The notes: generated by a model not told the origin, from the sequence alone. A stretch of DNA of 64,000 nt from Lepidodermella squamata (GCA_047495785.1 JBLDXI010000030.1:558001-622000); one strand, 5' to 3'; counted from the stretch's first letter, positions 36,242 through 48,443 are shown. Made by a program: numbers and translations.

Positions 36242-38563
36242 TCAGGCATAGGAAGTTTGAGTTCGGCGATAAAAAGATGCTTTTAGATCGAGTACAGACC
36301 CAAAAGCCCGCTCGCCTAGCCCGGTATCACTGGGCATTGAAATGACTGTCACAGTCCTCCCTAAAATCGCACGCAGGTTGAAAATGGTCGAAAAAATCGC
36401 GGAGTAAACGAGACAGATAAAAGCGAGAATCACACGCTGAGCGACCGTATTCGTCGATAGAATGAACAGAACTGCTATAGTTCCTAATAACAGCGTTACA
36501 CAAGCAGCTAGAGCTACAGCATAACTTTGAATATCAGGAAATCTCTGCCGAACAACCAAGTTATTCTTGATCCGAAGAAAGGCGTAAATGCCATAGAAAA
36601 GTGGTAAAACGTTGATGATAATGAAGGCCCCGATCCAAGAGCTGCCACCCTGTGATATGCAAGCCTTATTCCAAACCATAGTATAGGTATCGCTCTCATA
36701 GTCGTAATCAGGGTCTGGTGTTAAAGGTCCTTCTACAACAGTCGGAGGGTCAACGCTGAACCAAGCAATCAAAGTTCCAATGTTGATAACGACCATGAAC
36801 GCAACAGGTGCAGCGAGCTTCCTCTCGAAATTTCGCTCCCGTTTGCTTTCTCCTACGACCACGACTCCGAAATATTTTGAATAAATGAGCCAAAGCTTTG
36901 CGGCCATGCCTGAATGAAGTAAACAAGCTCCTAGGACCAACAAAACTGTATCGGCAAAGCATGCGGATAAGCTTAAAATCGAGTTCGGAAGGGCGAAAAT
37001 CGGCGAGGCAACGTTCAGAAATAAGCAGCCCATGATGAAGATAGCTTTGGAGCATGCCCCGAAATCGGCAACCGACTTCAAGTTTATTCCGAGTTGGAAA
37101 ACTGAATGAATTACTGCAATAGCTACTACAACGCCAAACGTAGCGAAGCTGACTTCATTCACTACTTTTGCGAAATTCGCCCGGTCTTTCGGGAGATTCC
37201 TCGGAAGTTTCATCAAGCTTTCGACGTAGTAGGACCTGAAGTCTGTGGCACTTCCGTTGTTTCGGCACATAACCCTTTGACTGATTACTAAGCCACCGCG
37301 ATCTGGCGAGTACGTTCCAACCATCATAGGCTCATAGTCCCACTCACCCCTCGGTGAGCGCTGAAAAGGGCCGAAGCGAAGGCTAACAAAACTTGATTTT
37401 GCAACACTTTCATTGACAACTCTCATGATTTGGCGAGGGAATTTGCGGAAATCTTTCAAGCTTAAGTTCCGCTCGTTGAGAGCTCGTTCAGATTCATTGA
37501 GGGCCAGAATAGTTTCCTGAATCCTGTCGTAGCAGTTGTGGCGATAGTCGAAGTCTCCTGTTTTGTTGCCATTCGTGAATTTCATTAGATTACTTTCAAA
37601 TTCTGGAATTGTATGGCCAAGGGTGGTCCGATGCGAGCCGGGAATGACAGCTTCAAGAGCTGACCCAATGTAAACAGTCGTTTTCCATTGCTCAAGAATC
37701 ATATCCCTCGTGCATCCTGGGTAGAGCACGTAAGGAGCTGAAAAAATATCCGCGTAGGTCGATATCTGAAGCAGGAACATGTATCTCGGTCCAGTTATTC
37801 CGAATTTGTAGGTCTGACAGAAGAATCGGAAGCAGCCGATCAATTCGGCACTTTCAACCGCGATGACTCGAATGTCGCGTTGTTTCAGCTGCAGCATGAG
37901 CTCGTCTCCAAAATCACCGGCCGTTGACTCGAAAACTGGAACTTCAAACCCGGCTTGCTTCGCGATGTTGTAGAACACGAGGCCGGTATCAACGTTGTAG
38001 ATATTCACGTTAGAAATCAAAATCCCAACTCGGCGTATATCAGTGATTTCTCGCAAAAAGGCCAGTCTGGCGAAAATCGTGATCTCCCCTGGTGCTCTGA
38101 TTCGGTACATGTTAGGGTATAGATCTCGGCGAGCTGTTTGCGACGGAGCTGTGCAGGAACTTGTAACTACAACCATGTTCATATGAGAAGCAGCCGAACC
38201 CCAAGCTCGGCATCCGTTAGTGAAAACAGGTCCCATAGTGATCGGCGATAGGTAGACTTCGGGCTCTTCAGTTTGGCTTTCGAGGCGCCTCGCAAACGCC
38301 ATTGCAGCTGGCAGCAACTTGTTACTTCCAGCGATTTCGTCAATATGCTCGAGTTGCAGGTGGTAGTTGGGCAGAATGTCTTGCCTTTGATTGACTTCGG
38401 CGACCAGCATTTCCATGACAGCTCGACACATCTGGCCGTCCCGAGGTTCGTAGCCAGTGAAGGTTTGGGACGAAAGGATAGACATTCGGTACGGTTTGCT
38501 CTGCTTCATCTGGCACAGGCTAGATGTAGCAAATAATGAGACTCCAATCAACAAGAGAATCAT
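36242..38563 (-). CDS. Class C GPCR, GABA-B-like, intronless; paralog of 43247-45523
   Basis: 773 aa; VNQRQDILPNYHL, QTARRDLYPNMYRIR, FGITGPRYMF, then 7TM. Confidence 0.85.
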   Translation of the reverse strand: MILLLIGVSLFATSSLCQMKQSKPYRMSILSSQTFTGYEPRDGQMCRAVMEMLVAEVNQRQDILPNYHLQLEHIDEIAGSNKLLPAAMAFARRLESQTEEPEVYLSPITMGPVFTNGCRAWGSAASHMNMVVVTSSCTAPSQTARRDLYPNMYRIRAPGEITIFARLAFLREITDIRRVGILISNVNIYNVDTGLVFYNIAKQAGFEVPVFESTAGDFGDELMLQLKQRDIRVIAVESAELIGCFRFFCQTYKFGITGPRYMFLLQISTYADIFSAPYVLYPGCTRDMILEQWKTTVYIGSALEAVIPGSHRTTLGHTIPEFESNLMKFTNGNKTGDFDYRHNCYDRIQETILALNESERALNERNLSLKDFRKFPRQIMRVVNESVAKSSFVSLRFGPFQRSPRGEWDYEPMMVGTYSPDRGGLVISQRVMCRNNGSATDFRSYYVESLMKLPRNLPKDRANFAKVVNEVSFATFGVVVAIAVIHSVFQLGINLKSVADFGACSKAIFIMGCLFLNVASPIFALPNSILSLSACFADTVLLVLGACLLHSGMAAKLWLIYSKYFGVVVVGESKRERNFERKLAAPVAFMVVINIGTLIAWFSVDPPTVVEGPLTPDPDYDYESDTYTMVWNKACISQGGSSWIGAFIIINVLPLFYGIYAFLRIKNNLVVRQRFPDIQSYAVALAACVTLLLGTIAVLFILSTNTVAQRVILAFICLVYSAIFSTIFNLRAILGRTVTVISMPSDTGLGERAFGSVLDLKASFYRRTQTSYA

Positions 38564-40574
38564 ATTCGTTTGCAGTGATTTCTGGTTCAGATTGAATGAT
38601 GCAGATCAGCGTACTTATAGTGGTGCGGGGTGTTTGATTCAGAAGTCCGAGGTATCAACTCCTAAAATTAGAGGAAAGACAATGTTAGAGATAACTATCA
38701 TAATAGGGTGACAACGTAATGTCTTAAGCCCGAGATAGCCATCAAATTAGTCTATGATTCAAGCTCTTCATGCTAATTAACAAGAAGAAGAGAGCAGGTG
38801 ATAGATTTCTTCTCAATATTTGTTTGAGGAACTTCAGATTGTCTTCAGATACTTCATATGTTGATTAACTTCATTTTGTACTCCAATTTTCCAGTGCCCC
38901 AACGATTTAAAAGATTAGGTCTGGGGAAGAGGCGGGCGAGGGTAATCATGTCAAAGTGACTGTAAGTAATTCCCCTAATATCAGAATAGCTTAGCTAAAT
39001 TAGTCGAAATTAAAGTCCTACTTCCTCACATAATCAGTGGGAGAGTCCCGTCTTTCACCAGCTGGAGAGATATTAAATCGAAATATACCTCTCCTATTAG
39101 TCAACGTAAGGTTCAACGCGATTTTGATTTGAGGAAAAGCGAACCTTTGTAACTAAGGTATGAGGAATGTCGCTTGCTATGGATGAGCAAATTACATCCG
39201 CATTTGTGACTTGCTAAGTAGCACCCACTCCAGTTCAAGTACTGAACTCGCCGAGATCCCGGAGGGGAACATCGAACAATCGAGCGTAGGGGGCCACAAC
39301 AAGCGCTGACAATTCGATCATTTCGAAACTGACATTAAGTCATTGGGCCGGAAATAAACGAACTAAGGGGAACACGGATTGAAATTTCACCTGGAGCTCG
39401 CAGGAAGCGTTTTAAAATGCCATTGTAAAAAAAAACACGTAGAATTTTTGAAAATGCACCATCATTTTAGTCCGGGGTTAAATATTAACAAAGTTGATCA
39501 ATCACAGAGGAATAATGGGAGTAAAGTGTTCTCTACTGCAACTGGAGTTGAGCACAAGTTGAGATCAAGCTCGAGTTATGGAGATAATGAGCCATCATGT
39601 TGATAATCGTCCATTATTTCAGCGATATTTTGTCATAATTTAAGAGAGGGACTGAACTCAACAGTAACTGAGGGGAAGCTGGAGGCTGGAGGCCTATAGA
39701 GTGACCCCGGCTCCGTTGCGAAAATCGTCAAAGCTATGATCGATCTAAAAGAGTTGGCTAACCGTCTGTGGCCCCGTGTTTAAAATTAGCATTCTTGTAG
39801 TTAAAGAATGTACTTAAAACCGGTTTTAAACTTAGTAATTTTAGCTTTGATTCTCAAAGGTCAGCTAAGCTAGGCTAGCTGATGGCAGTTTGCCCTTTAG
39901 TTCAAGTAATCAATGTACCACCTTGTGCTGTGGCGGATGTAAACACCGTACCGGTGCCGGAATCCAGCCATGATGTTCTCGACAACACATGACATTTCTT
40001 GCAGCAATTTGATTCTTCTGAAAGTTATGCCAATGCTAATGGCAGGAAACGCTGGGCTAAAAGAAGCATGGCTTCAAAAAACACCCAGTGCAGTACTCAA
40101 CATGGTCGATTTTTCGCATAAATGGCCCACCAGCTAGTATTTATAGATGGTTCCTATATTTCAAGGATAGTCCGGTGACTGTGCGTTTTGTTCTTAAAAC
40201 GTAGTAGAAAAAATAAATCCGGCTGAATATGAATAAAATTATTAAAGAAAATAAATTATTTAATACATAATGACCCCCCCCCCCTACCCCTTCCCCGTCA
40301 GTTCGGCAGGCTAAGGTGGAAAACTGAAAAAAGACCAAGGGCGGACTCTTTAGCCCGAAAATACCCCCCTTCCCCCATAGTTCGAGGATCCTACTTCGCG
40401 CACTGGAATAAGTTAACGAATTCGAGTCTTTAGCCTTGAATTTTAGAAATTATTGACAGTTTCTCGAAATCAAGGAACTCGGTCAAGGACCCTAGATATT
40501 CAGACTCAATCATTGAAAGAGAAAAACATATCCTGTTTCCGCCACTTAGGCCCCGACTTTTTTATTTCCTCTAT

Positions 40575-43109
40575 TCAATCGTCATGCATCTCATCACTCG
40601 TCACCCCCACTTTAGCCGTGGCTTCAATGCGGCGTCGATTGACGGTTTGTCTGAATTGCTGAACGAGACGATTCAGCTCTGAGATGCTGATCACACCGTT
40701 CATCTTCTCGCCAGATTCTAGAGAGCTGTCAGCTTTCATCCGCGCTGTCGAAGATCGCCTCCACGTTGTTGTCCGATATCTCGTCATTCTCAAAAGCATT
40801 CTAGCAGGCTTCACTGTAGGTCGCTTCCGGGTTGTTGTGCGTGCCTCTAGCTGGGTGAAATAAACTCTTCGCAATGATTGTATAGGAACATCCGCGTAAA
40901 CCATCTGCATAGCAGCGACGCCATTCATGTTCTCATTGGTGGGCGGAGTTACGAAATGTTTCGCCTCGCTTCCTGGATGGAAGGTTTCAGTCGGAAGTGA
41001 ATCAGTAAAGAATGAATTCCATTCAGTTTTGCTAGAACTTTCCATAGCTGAATACGGCGTGGGAGTTTCGACAGTTGTCCGTGCAGTCGATGAGTAAGGT
41101 TCCAGCAATCTATCGTCAACCTTAACCGAAATGTACCGGCTGATTGATAAAACAGGGTGATAATTGGCTTTCAATACAGCAATGACTGGTATTGCGTAAG
41201 AGGTAGAGGTAATCATATCAGTGCTTTCAATTACGTTTGATCCTTGAGGTTTGATCCTAGGGATCGACGTCACTGTTTGAGATTCAGCAAACTCAAGAGT
41301 AGAAGAAGCGATTCGTGTTGCAGTCACTTTATTTGTTGCCTCGGCCTGGATAGGAGGTTGAGAGGTGATGATGGAAAGCGTTGAAAACGATTTAATCCTC
41401 TCGGATGTTGTCATCGTTTTGATTTCTGAGACTAGAGGTGTTTCAACAGTTTCTTTCGTAGTCGAAATTTCCACTGAGAATACTGAGGCCGGAGTAGTAA
41501 TTGTCAATGGCGATGTTGAGAATTGAATTGAAGAAACTGAAGCTGTTTTCAACTTTTCCATCGTAAAGGCATTTGCTGTTGATTTCCCAGCACTGATATT
41601 CAAAGTTGTTGCTTTTTGATCGGTCCCAGCTGTTGTTGTTCCACTCAAATTAGTTTGATTCGGATTATCCGAAGCTAATCTTGAGCTCAACGTATAGCCA
41701 CCAACTTTCGAATCATTTACGAATGTTTGGGAGGAGGCAATTGTTGATTGATTATCACCTCGAGTTGATGATGCTGAAGTTCGATCGTCTGTTGCCACTG
41801 GTTTAGTCGTTGTTACATTTAACTCGTCCTTGTTGATTCTCACTGTAGGATTTGGTACAGTTTCAACTCGAGAAGTTGCTGATGTATACTCCGTCGATGG
41901 CAAACTTTTTTCCGACGTTACTTGCTTCGAAGGAACAGTAGCAAGGGTCGTAAGGTTCATTGCAGGCTTTGGTTGAGGCGTGGATGAAGACGAAGCGACG
42001 AATGATCTCAAGGTCTCAAAACATTCAATGAAGCTGCTGTGAGTCGAAAACGGGGCAACCTTTACACATTCGAAAAGCTTGGGAATACGATGAAGCAATA
42101 AGATAAATTACTTTATTTTCCTTTACGGGGCATCCATCGGCTGTTTGAAACAATGGCCGACACCGAACAGCCTCACCTCGGCAAATTTGATGGGGGACTT
42201 TGAAACTTCGATAAAGAGGTTCGATTTTGGCCTGGACGTCTTCAATAGTTCGACCCGTTAGGATAAAATCACTCGATATCTATTGTCGGGAAAAATAAAT
42301 CAAATGAAAATTGGACCATTGGTGTCTAACCAGTATACTAGTAGGATTCCTGCACATCGAACCAGGATCATGATCGAAAATCGGAACAAGAGAGTAACCA
42401 GTTTGATTCGTGGGAGTAATCGAATAACATAGTTTCGCTCTCTGGAAAAAATCCCTGGTATATACATTAAGTTTAAGTGAAAATGTAAAAATTACAAACA
42501 GCTGAGATGAACAAGAGTCCAGGTCCTCGAAGATACTGGCGTCCCCTCCGCCGATCTGTAACATGTTTCCATAACCTTAACAATATTTTCCCAGCAGATG
42601 TTTACTTTATTAGAACATGGATCGGGGCTGCAATATGGCGTCCTAGTTGAATTTGATACACATCTCGTGTAGACGGATTGTTTCAAGCCGATTTTACTAG
42701 AATGCTGCAAAAATTCAACATTAAACGTCTCGAGCTCATTCTTACAAAAACTCTCACGTGGTCATTCATGCACTCGTCATAACTTTGGAACTTTTGCTCT
42801 CCTGCGCTCCCTGCACATTGACTCGGATTAGTGCATTGGACACTTCCATCAGCTGATTTGCACTGAATGAAGATCAATTTTTTCGTCTCCTGGAAATTTA
42901 AAAAATAATTGAAAAATTGCTAAGATATTGAACCTTACCTGAATTTGCTCGATTTTTGCGAGAATTATGATTTGATTAGGCGCATGGGTTGTCGATTGAG
43001 GTGGCTTTGAGGTTCTGGGCGAATGGTACCGAGCAGGGTAGGCGGTACATCCTAGTATCAACTCAGGCTTCACAAATACTAGAAGAGCTAGAAAAGGCGT
43101 ATTTTTCAT
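40575..43109 (-). CDS. Secreted multi-exon protein: Cys-rich N-terminal exons plus a long Ser/Thr-rich mucin-like exon
   Basis: ATG 43109 signal peptide MKNTPFLALLVFV...GC; several short Cys-containing exons at 42,100-42,900; ~500 aa S/T/P-rich terminal exon. Exact exon boundaries not fully resolved. Confidence 0.6.
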
Positions 43110-43246
43110 GTTAATTTTTGAAAAATGAAAATATTGGACCAGTATCACACGTGTTGTTTTGTTCAAAAATTAACCTCGTGACTCCTCCATAATTTTATGC
43201 ACTGAAGTTTTATTGACAAACACACGAGTACAAGGTTATTAGCAAA

Positions 43247-45523
43247 TCAACCGGTTACAACAAGAGACTTGAATACTCCAGCACTAGTTGATAAAGAGTA
43301 TATCAGAGCGATGCAAAACGTGAAAATCGTATTAATGTTGATAGTTCCGCTGAACTGAAGGATGAAAACTGAAACGAATCCAAAAACTTGCAGGGTGAAA
43401 GAAGCCATCGAAGCTATCAAGAGAGACTTGACCCTTTGCGAATTCGCTACTTTTATCCGCTTCATTAAGTTGAGAATTGAGAAGCTGAAAAGCAGGCCGA
43501 TAAACGAGATGAAGATGTTGATGCCTAAAATGACCATCGAAATTTTGCCAGAAGTCGGGGAAGTGCAACTGATTCGTCGCACGTAGACATATTTGTCAGC
43601 ATTGAAGTCGTAGCTAGGGCGAACTTCATTTATATCATCAATTGTTTCATCAACTGAGTCGTAGAAGATCCCGATTCCGGTGAAAGTTAAATTGGCTAGG
43701 AGCCAACCTACTGCGAAAAGGACCTCCAAACCTTCTTTGTACGCAGCATTAACCGCCTCGAGATTTTTAGGGGAGACATAAGAAACTCTAGCCTCCCTTG
43801 TTCCTTGTGAGCTTCTTGAGTACTTCACACTCAATCTTTGCCGATTTTTAAGGAAGAAAGCACGCATGTCATGCGATACTGTGGTCAGGCATCCGTTGAT
43901 TAACGAAGCTCCGCCCACAAAGAACGTGACCTGGCAGTAGCAAAAGATGTTCCTACCCTGTAAGACGAAAAACACCACGGAAGTATTGACTGAAAGGAAC
44001 CCAGCCAAAAACAAGGTCATAACCACTCGATTCTGTGAACTAAAGATTTGGCGGGTGAATATGGTAAGCTGGCATATTGAGATTAAGCTCGAAATGACAA
44101 TGCCGATGAGTGTAACAGAAAAATCGAGTTTCCCTATCAAAACCTCGACATCTGCCGAATCTTTAGGTAGAGAACTCCGTAGACCAGACACTTCTTCCAA
44201 AATATAGGAGCTGAGGTTGCTTATATCTTCTTTTACTAGAGTAATTTGATAAGAAACAACTAAGCCCATCTTCTCGGGACTCCAATACACGACATGTTGC
44301 GGTTCGAAGTCGTACTCGAGTCGCTTTGAGTATCTAAACCTCCCAAATCGAACACTGCTGAAATCGAGCCGAGAGGCACTTTGATTCGCAGCTATCATGA
44401 CCGAATATGGGTCGGTCTGGTAATCCCTCAAGGTCATATTTGACTTGCTGAGGATCTGCTCAGTTCCATTTAAAATCATTAATGCTGCGAGAATTCGATC
44501 GTAACAAAGAAAACGAAAGTCAGAGTCTGGAGTTTTCGTGCCATTTGTATAATCTGAGAACAAACTTTCAAATTCGTCGTAAGAATGACCTAACGATGTT
44601 CGAGATTTCGGAGGCTTCAAAACATCCAGGGCGAATCCGATGAAGTAGGTCACCTTAAATTGAGCTATAATCATTGTTCGGTTACAGTTCTCGCTGATAT
44701 TGAATGGCAGATTCATTATGTCTATGTAGCTCCCCAGCTGAAAGATGAATATATACCGCGGACCAGTAATTCCGAACAAAAAGCACCTGCAGAGGAATTT
44801 TAGCGCAGCACTAGCTTCACTGGATTCCATCGTGAAAACGCGAATATCCTTTGATTTTAGGGAGAGAATGAGATCGTCGTTAAAGTCGTAGCTCCCATCA
44901 AATGCCAATACTTGAAAACCGTTCTTCAACGCAGCTTGGTAGAACAAATTCGCCGTGTCGTAGTTGAACGAATTCCCTGTATAGAAAACAATGCCAATTT
45001 TTCGGATGTTGGTGATGTTACTTAAAAAGTAAGTCCTAGCATAGATAGCCATCTCTGCTGGGCATCGAATTCTGTACATGTTAGGATAGAGATCACGCCG
45101 GGCAGTTTGGACAGGGGACGTGCATGACCCAGCTACCATTACTAGGTTCAAATGATGGGATTGCGAGCCCATGACGCGGCAAGCTGCTGAAAACGCTGGA
45201 CCAGTAAAAACAGGTGAGGCTGCTTTGGTATTCCTCAGGTAGTCCACCGTTTCGGTGACCGAGAAACCGCCAACAGGACCTTCGTTGCGGAAATCGATAT
45301 CGATGTGATATTTAGGGAGAATGTCATCGTGTTTATTTACGATATCTACAACCATCTCCTGAACTGCTTTGCACATCATGTTGTCGCGTGGTTCGTAACC
45401 TGTCTTCATGATCAGCGACAAAATTGTGAGCCTGTTTGGTTTTCGCACAACAAATTCCTCTCTGGCCCGTACCAATAAAGAAATTTGCAGGAGAATAAGG
45501 AGTAAGCTCACAGTTTCCTGCAT
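43247..45523 (-). CDS. Class C GPCR, GABA-B-like, intronless
   Basis: 758 aa; VNKHDDILPKYHI, QTARRDLYPNMYRIR, KDIRVF, FGITGPRYIF, then 7TM. Confidence 0.85.
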   Translation of the reverse strand: MQETVSLLLILLQISLLVRAREEFVVRKPNRLTILSLIMKTGYEPRDNMMCKAVQEMVVDIVNKHDDILPKYHIDIDFRNEGPVGGFSVTETVDYLRNTKAASPVFTGPAFSAACRVMGSQSHHLNLVMVAGSCTSPVQTARRDLYPNMYRIRCPAEMAIYARTYFLSNITNIRKIGIVFYTGNSFNYDTANLFYQAALKNGFQVLAFDGSYDFNDDLILSLKSKDIRVFTMESSEASAALKFLCRCFLFGITGPRYIFIFQLGSYIDIMNLPFNISENCNRTMIIAQFKVTYFIGFALDVLKPPKSRTSLGHSYDEFESLFSDYTNGTKTPDSDFRFLCYDRILAALMILNGTEQILSKSNMTLRDYQTDPYSVMIAANQSASRLDFSSVRFGRFRYSKRLEYDFEPQHVVYWSPEKMGLVVSYQITLVKEDISNLSSYILEEVSGLRSSLPKDSADVEVLIGKLDFSVTLIGIVISSLISICQLTIFTRQIFSSQNRVVMTLFLAGFLSVNTSVVFFVLQGRNIFCYCQVTFFVGGASLINGCLTTVSHDMRAFFLKNRQRLSVKYSRSSQGTREARVSYVSPKNLEAVNAAYKEGLEVLFAVGWLLANLTFTGIGIFYDSVDETIDDINEVRPSYDFNADKYVYVRRISCTSPTSGKISMVILGINIFISFIGLLFSFSILNLMKRIKVANSQRVKSLLIASMASFTLQVFGFVSVFILQFSGTININTIFTFCIALIYSLSTSAGVFKSLVVTG

Positions 45524-45887
45524 TCTAAGGAAACTTGCTGCTTGTAAAACAATATTTTGATTTTTCTGATTTTCAAAAACTGCTAATTGACAGTATCACA
45601 GAGGAGCTGACATGAGCTCAAATAACCCATTATTTTTGCAGATTAGAAAAAAGCTCTCCGAAAATTAAGAATAGCCTTCTCTATTACAGAGAAAGTCGGG
45701 CATGGTGTTAGAGCTTGAACTGGAAATTTCTCCTAATTTAATGTTCAGCTTTAATGTCGAATTTCCTCGTCAAAAGTAGCAAAATTATCGATTGGATAGG
45801 ACTAATCGGGAATCAGGAATCAACTGCCCACTACGAGGGAGTTGAATCTTGAATACCCCTGTACTAGTTGAAACAGAGTAAATCAAA

Positions 45888-46921
45888 CAGGGTATGATAC
45901 CGACCGGTTTTTTTGTTGAAAAAACCAATGGCAAATAATGTAAAGAGAATTCCTAATAACGTAAATAAAATAAAAATTACAGTAGTACCACCATGGGTAG
46001 TATTCAGGGTATTTATTCTGAACGGTTTTTATTCTGAAAAAACCGCCCACCAGTTTAAACCGATTTATACCGGTAATAAACACCGGTTTTTTAATTTCAC
46101 CGGTTTAAACCGGTTTAAACCGGTGAAAAAAACCGGTTTATTTTATATATGCTAAAATCACTGAAATGTCTTATTTGACATAGCCAGAGCTCGCTAGCAC
46201 TTGGTCCTTTAGAGATTTGGACTGTACCACGTGATTCTACGTGAAAAACTGCATATCACACGGCCATTTTTCTCACCCGGAATAAAAAAATCTCTTAGTG
46301 CAATAAAACAATAGAAAAAAACTAAAAAGCGCAGTTATCTCCGGAAGTATGATGACTAGTAAAGTTCTGAGAACGGATTCGGATCCGCCGGAGTTTCTAC
46401 GGGGGGTTTCAACGACAAAGAAAGCGGTTTTGCCGGTTTTATTTGAAAATTTCAACTTGAAAGGTCTAAAACCGCCTAATTATACCCTACCGGGAGTAAA
46501 ACTGATTTCAGGATAGTTTGTTTACCATGATCAATATCTTCATGAAAATTTGGGATCTAAGGTAGAATTTTCCGCTGAACACGATGGTGACATCGAATCA
46601 ACCGCATCGATTATCGAATATCGATTATTGGTAACTGATCGAATGATCGATTTTTCGAAATTTAGCACAATCGATTTTATGTAATACAGTGTAGTCTTTC
46701 GAAAGTATTGCGGCTGTGCGGTATTGATCCTGGGGACATAATGACTCTTAGACAACTTCTGGCTGGCTGTTATATATGAAAATGTGAGCTTTTTGCGGGA
46801 AAACACCCCAAAAACCGCTTTTTCAAAAAACCGCGGTTTATTCAGGCCCTACAAAAACCGGTATAAACCGGTACCGGTTTCAACCGGTTTATACTGGTTT
46901 GAGTTTAAACCGAATACCCTG
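45888..46921. mobile_element. Non-autonomous hAT-type DNA transposon (~1.03 kb)
   Basis: Termini CAGGGTAT...ATACCCTG with an exact 8-bp target-site duplication AAATCAAA (45880-45887 and 46922-46929). Dense subterminal AAACCG/CGGTTT repeats at both ends; no long ORF. Confidence 0.85.
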
Positions 46922-47270
46922 AAATCAAAGCTATACATACATATACATACAGCCATTGCGGCAACACTGCCGCAGTAGCGCCGGGAGAATCTTAGAGACT
47001 GATAATAACAATATATACTTAATATACTTAATGTTAGTAAACATTTCGAGTCGTTCGAATATAATTGAACCGTTCGAAATCCTATTGGAAATAAAAATGC
47101 GCGCGTGGATTAAACATAGGCGGGCCTGGAAATGTGCATTCAATTCAGTGTGCGAAGTAGATCTGGGGATAACTCGGCCAGTAGTACTCTAGAATCTTAT
47201 CATTCTTCGGCCGGTTGAACTGGGAGTACCGTACTTCCAGTCTCCCCGCTACTTCTCTCGGTGTGTGCAT

Positions 47271-47967
47271 TTAAGATAACATCAGTGAGAAGAGAATTGC
47301 GTCAATAATCATTACAATTAGCACTGCTGAGAGAGCTATTGCCATGTCAAGAAGGCGATGCAAGGGTAAGACCAGGAAATTTTTCAACTTGAAAACACGA
47401 GATTTCTGTGACTCTGGGATACTAGGACTCAAGCAAGTGTAGGCCGTGATTACGACTGCAACAATGAATTTAACTGCGACCATGTAGACAAGGTAGACAT
47501 GATCTGAAGTCTTTGGCATCATGCCGAAGATCAAAGTGAGAAATACAATGTAAGAAAGCACGACAGTCACGCAAAACGCAGATTGGTCCCTATTCATAGG
47601 TTCGGCCATCAAAGAGACGACTTGTAAGATGAAAAGGGTGATGGTTGGCACGAAGATATTGCAAAAGTAGTAGCCACTTTTTCGGCGAAATCGAATCGTC
47701 ATAAAAATTCGATCAAAAGAGAACAGGTTATCTTGCTGCAATTCACTGCTGTTATACCCGAATACCTCGACAAGCGACCAAATGTCACTATCAACGATAA
47801 AGCTGTTGCCAGCGGACATGTCGACTTGCAACACTGAAAGGCGGAGCGCTAGGAATCTGTGATCATCACTGGATTCTAAAACTAGCGAACAGTCTTGCGT
47901 ATCGAAGGGAAATTTGCGGTAGCTGAATGCCGTGCAAGTAGTATGTGACGACCAAAATATTCCGATC
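47271..47967 (-). pseudogene. 3' half of a Cys-loop channel gene; 5' half absent or displaced by the Maverick insertion
   Basis: IFWSSHTTCTAFSYRKFPFDTQDC and four TM helices are intact. Similarity stops at ~47,970, where element sequence begins; no signal peptide or N-terminal exons nearby. Confidence 0.7.
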
Positions 47968-48443
47968 TGTGACCGTTGAGAATACCCGAAAAAACCCGAT
48001 AATACCCGGTAGTACCCGATTCTCCATGGCAACGCGGGGTCGCGCATATCAGATCATTGAATATTAATCGACGCGATTAATAACACAAATAAATTTATAT
48101 GGGGATTTTATTTCGTCATTTTCGTCATTTTTCAGATTATGTCACGCAAATGTCATCATTTTTGTAATTTTTCGCACTTTTTGATACAATAACACCTCTC
48201 AGACAAGGTGTGAATTATCGCCGCGGGAAAAAGAATGCGTGCACAGGAACGTGGGTCAAGAGGTGACGCCCACAATGGGAGTTATCAGAACACAATAGGT
48301 CACAACACCACTAGAAATCACGCATTCGACCCGTCTAAAATCTGCGGATTGACAACTTTTCTTTACAACCGCCGCGGCATCGCAAGCATTAACATCAGCA
48401 GAGTTGAACAACATTCATCGCCGGACAAATTCAAGTAGCTAGC

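Noticed and set aside
32870-40400. MITE-like fragments in intergenic DNA (~32,900-33,150, ~35,830-36,200, ~40,270-40,390)
   Set aside because: No paired TIRs or TSDs could be identified by eye.
42280-42900. Thrombospondin type-1 domain in the mucin-like gene
   Set aside because: The Trp/Cys pattern is only partial; cannot be assigned without a profile search.
47968-48047. N-terminal ~27 codons of the 258 aa ORF as the true channel start
   Set aside because: No signal peptide or ligand-binding-domain similarity; this is fortuitous read-through into the element's terminal repeats.
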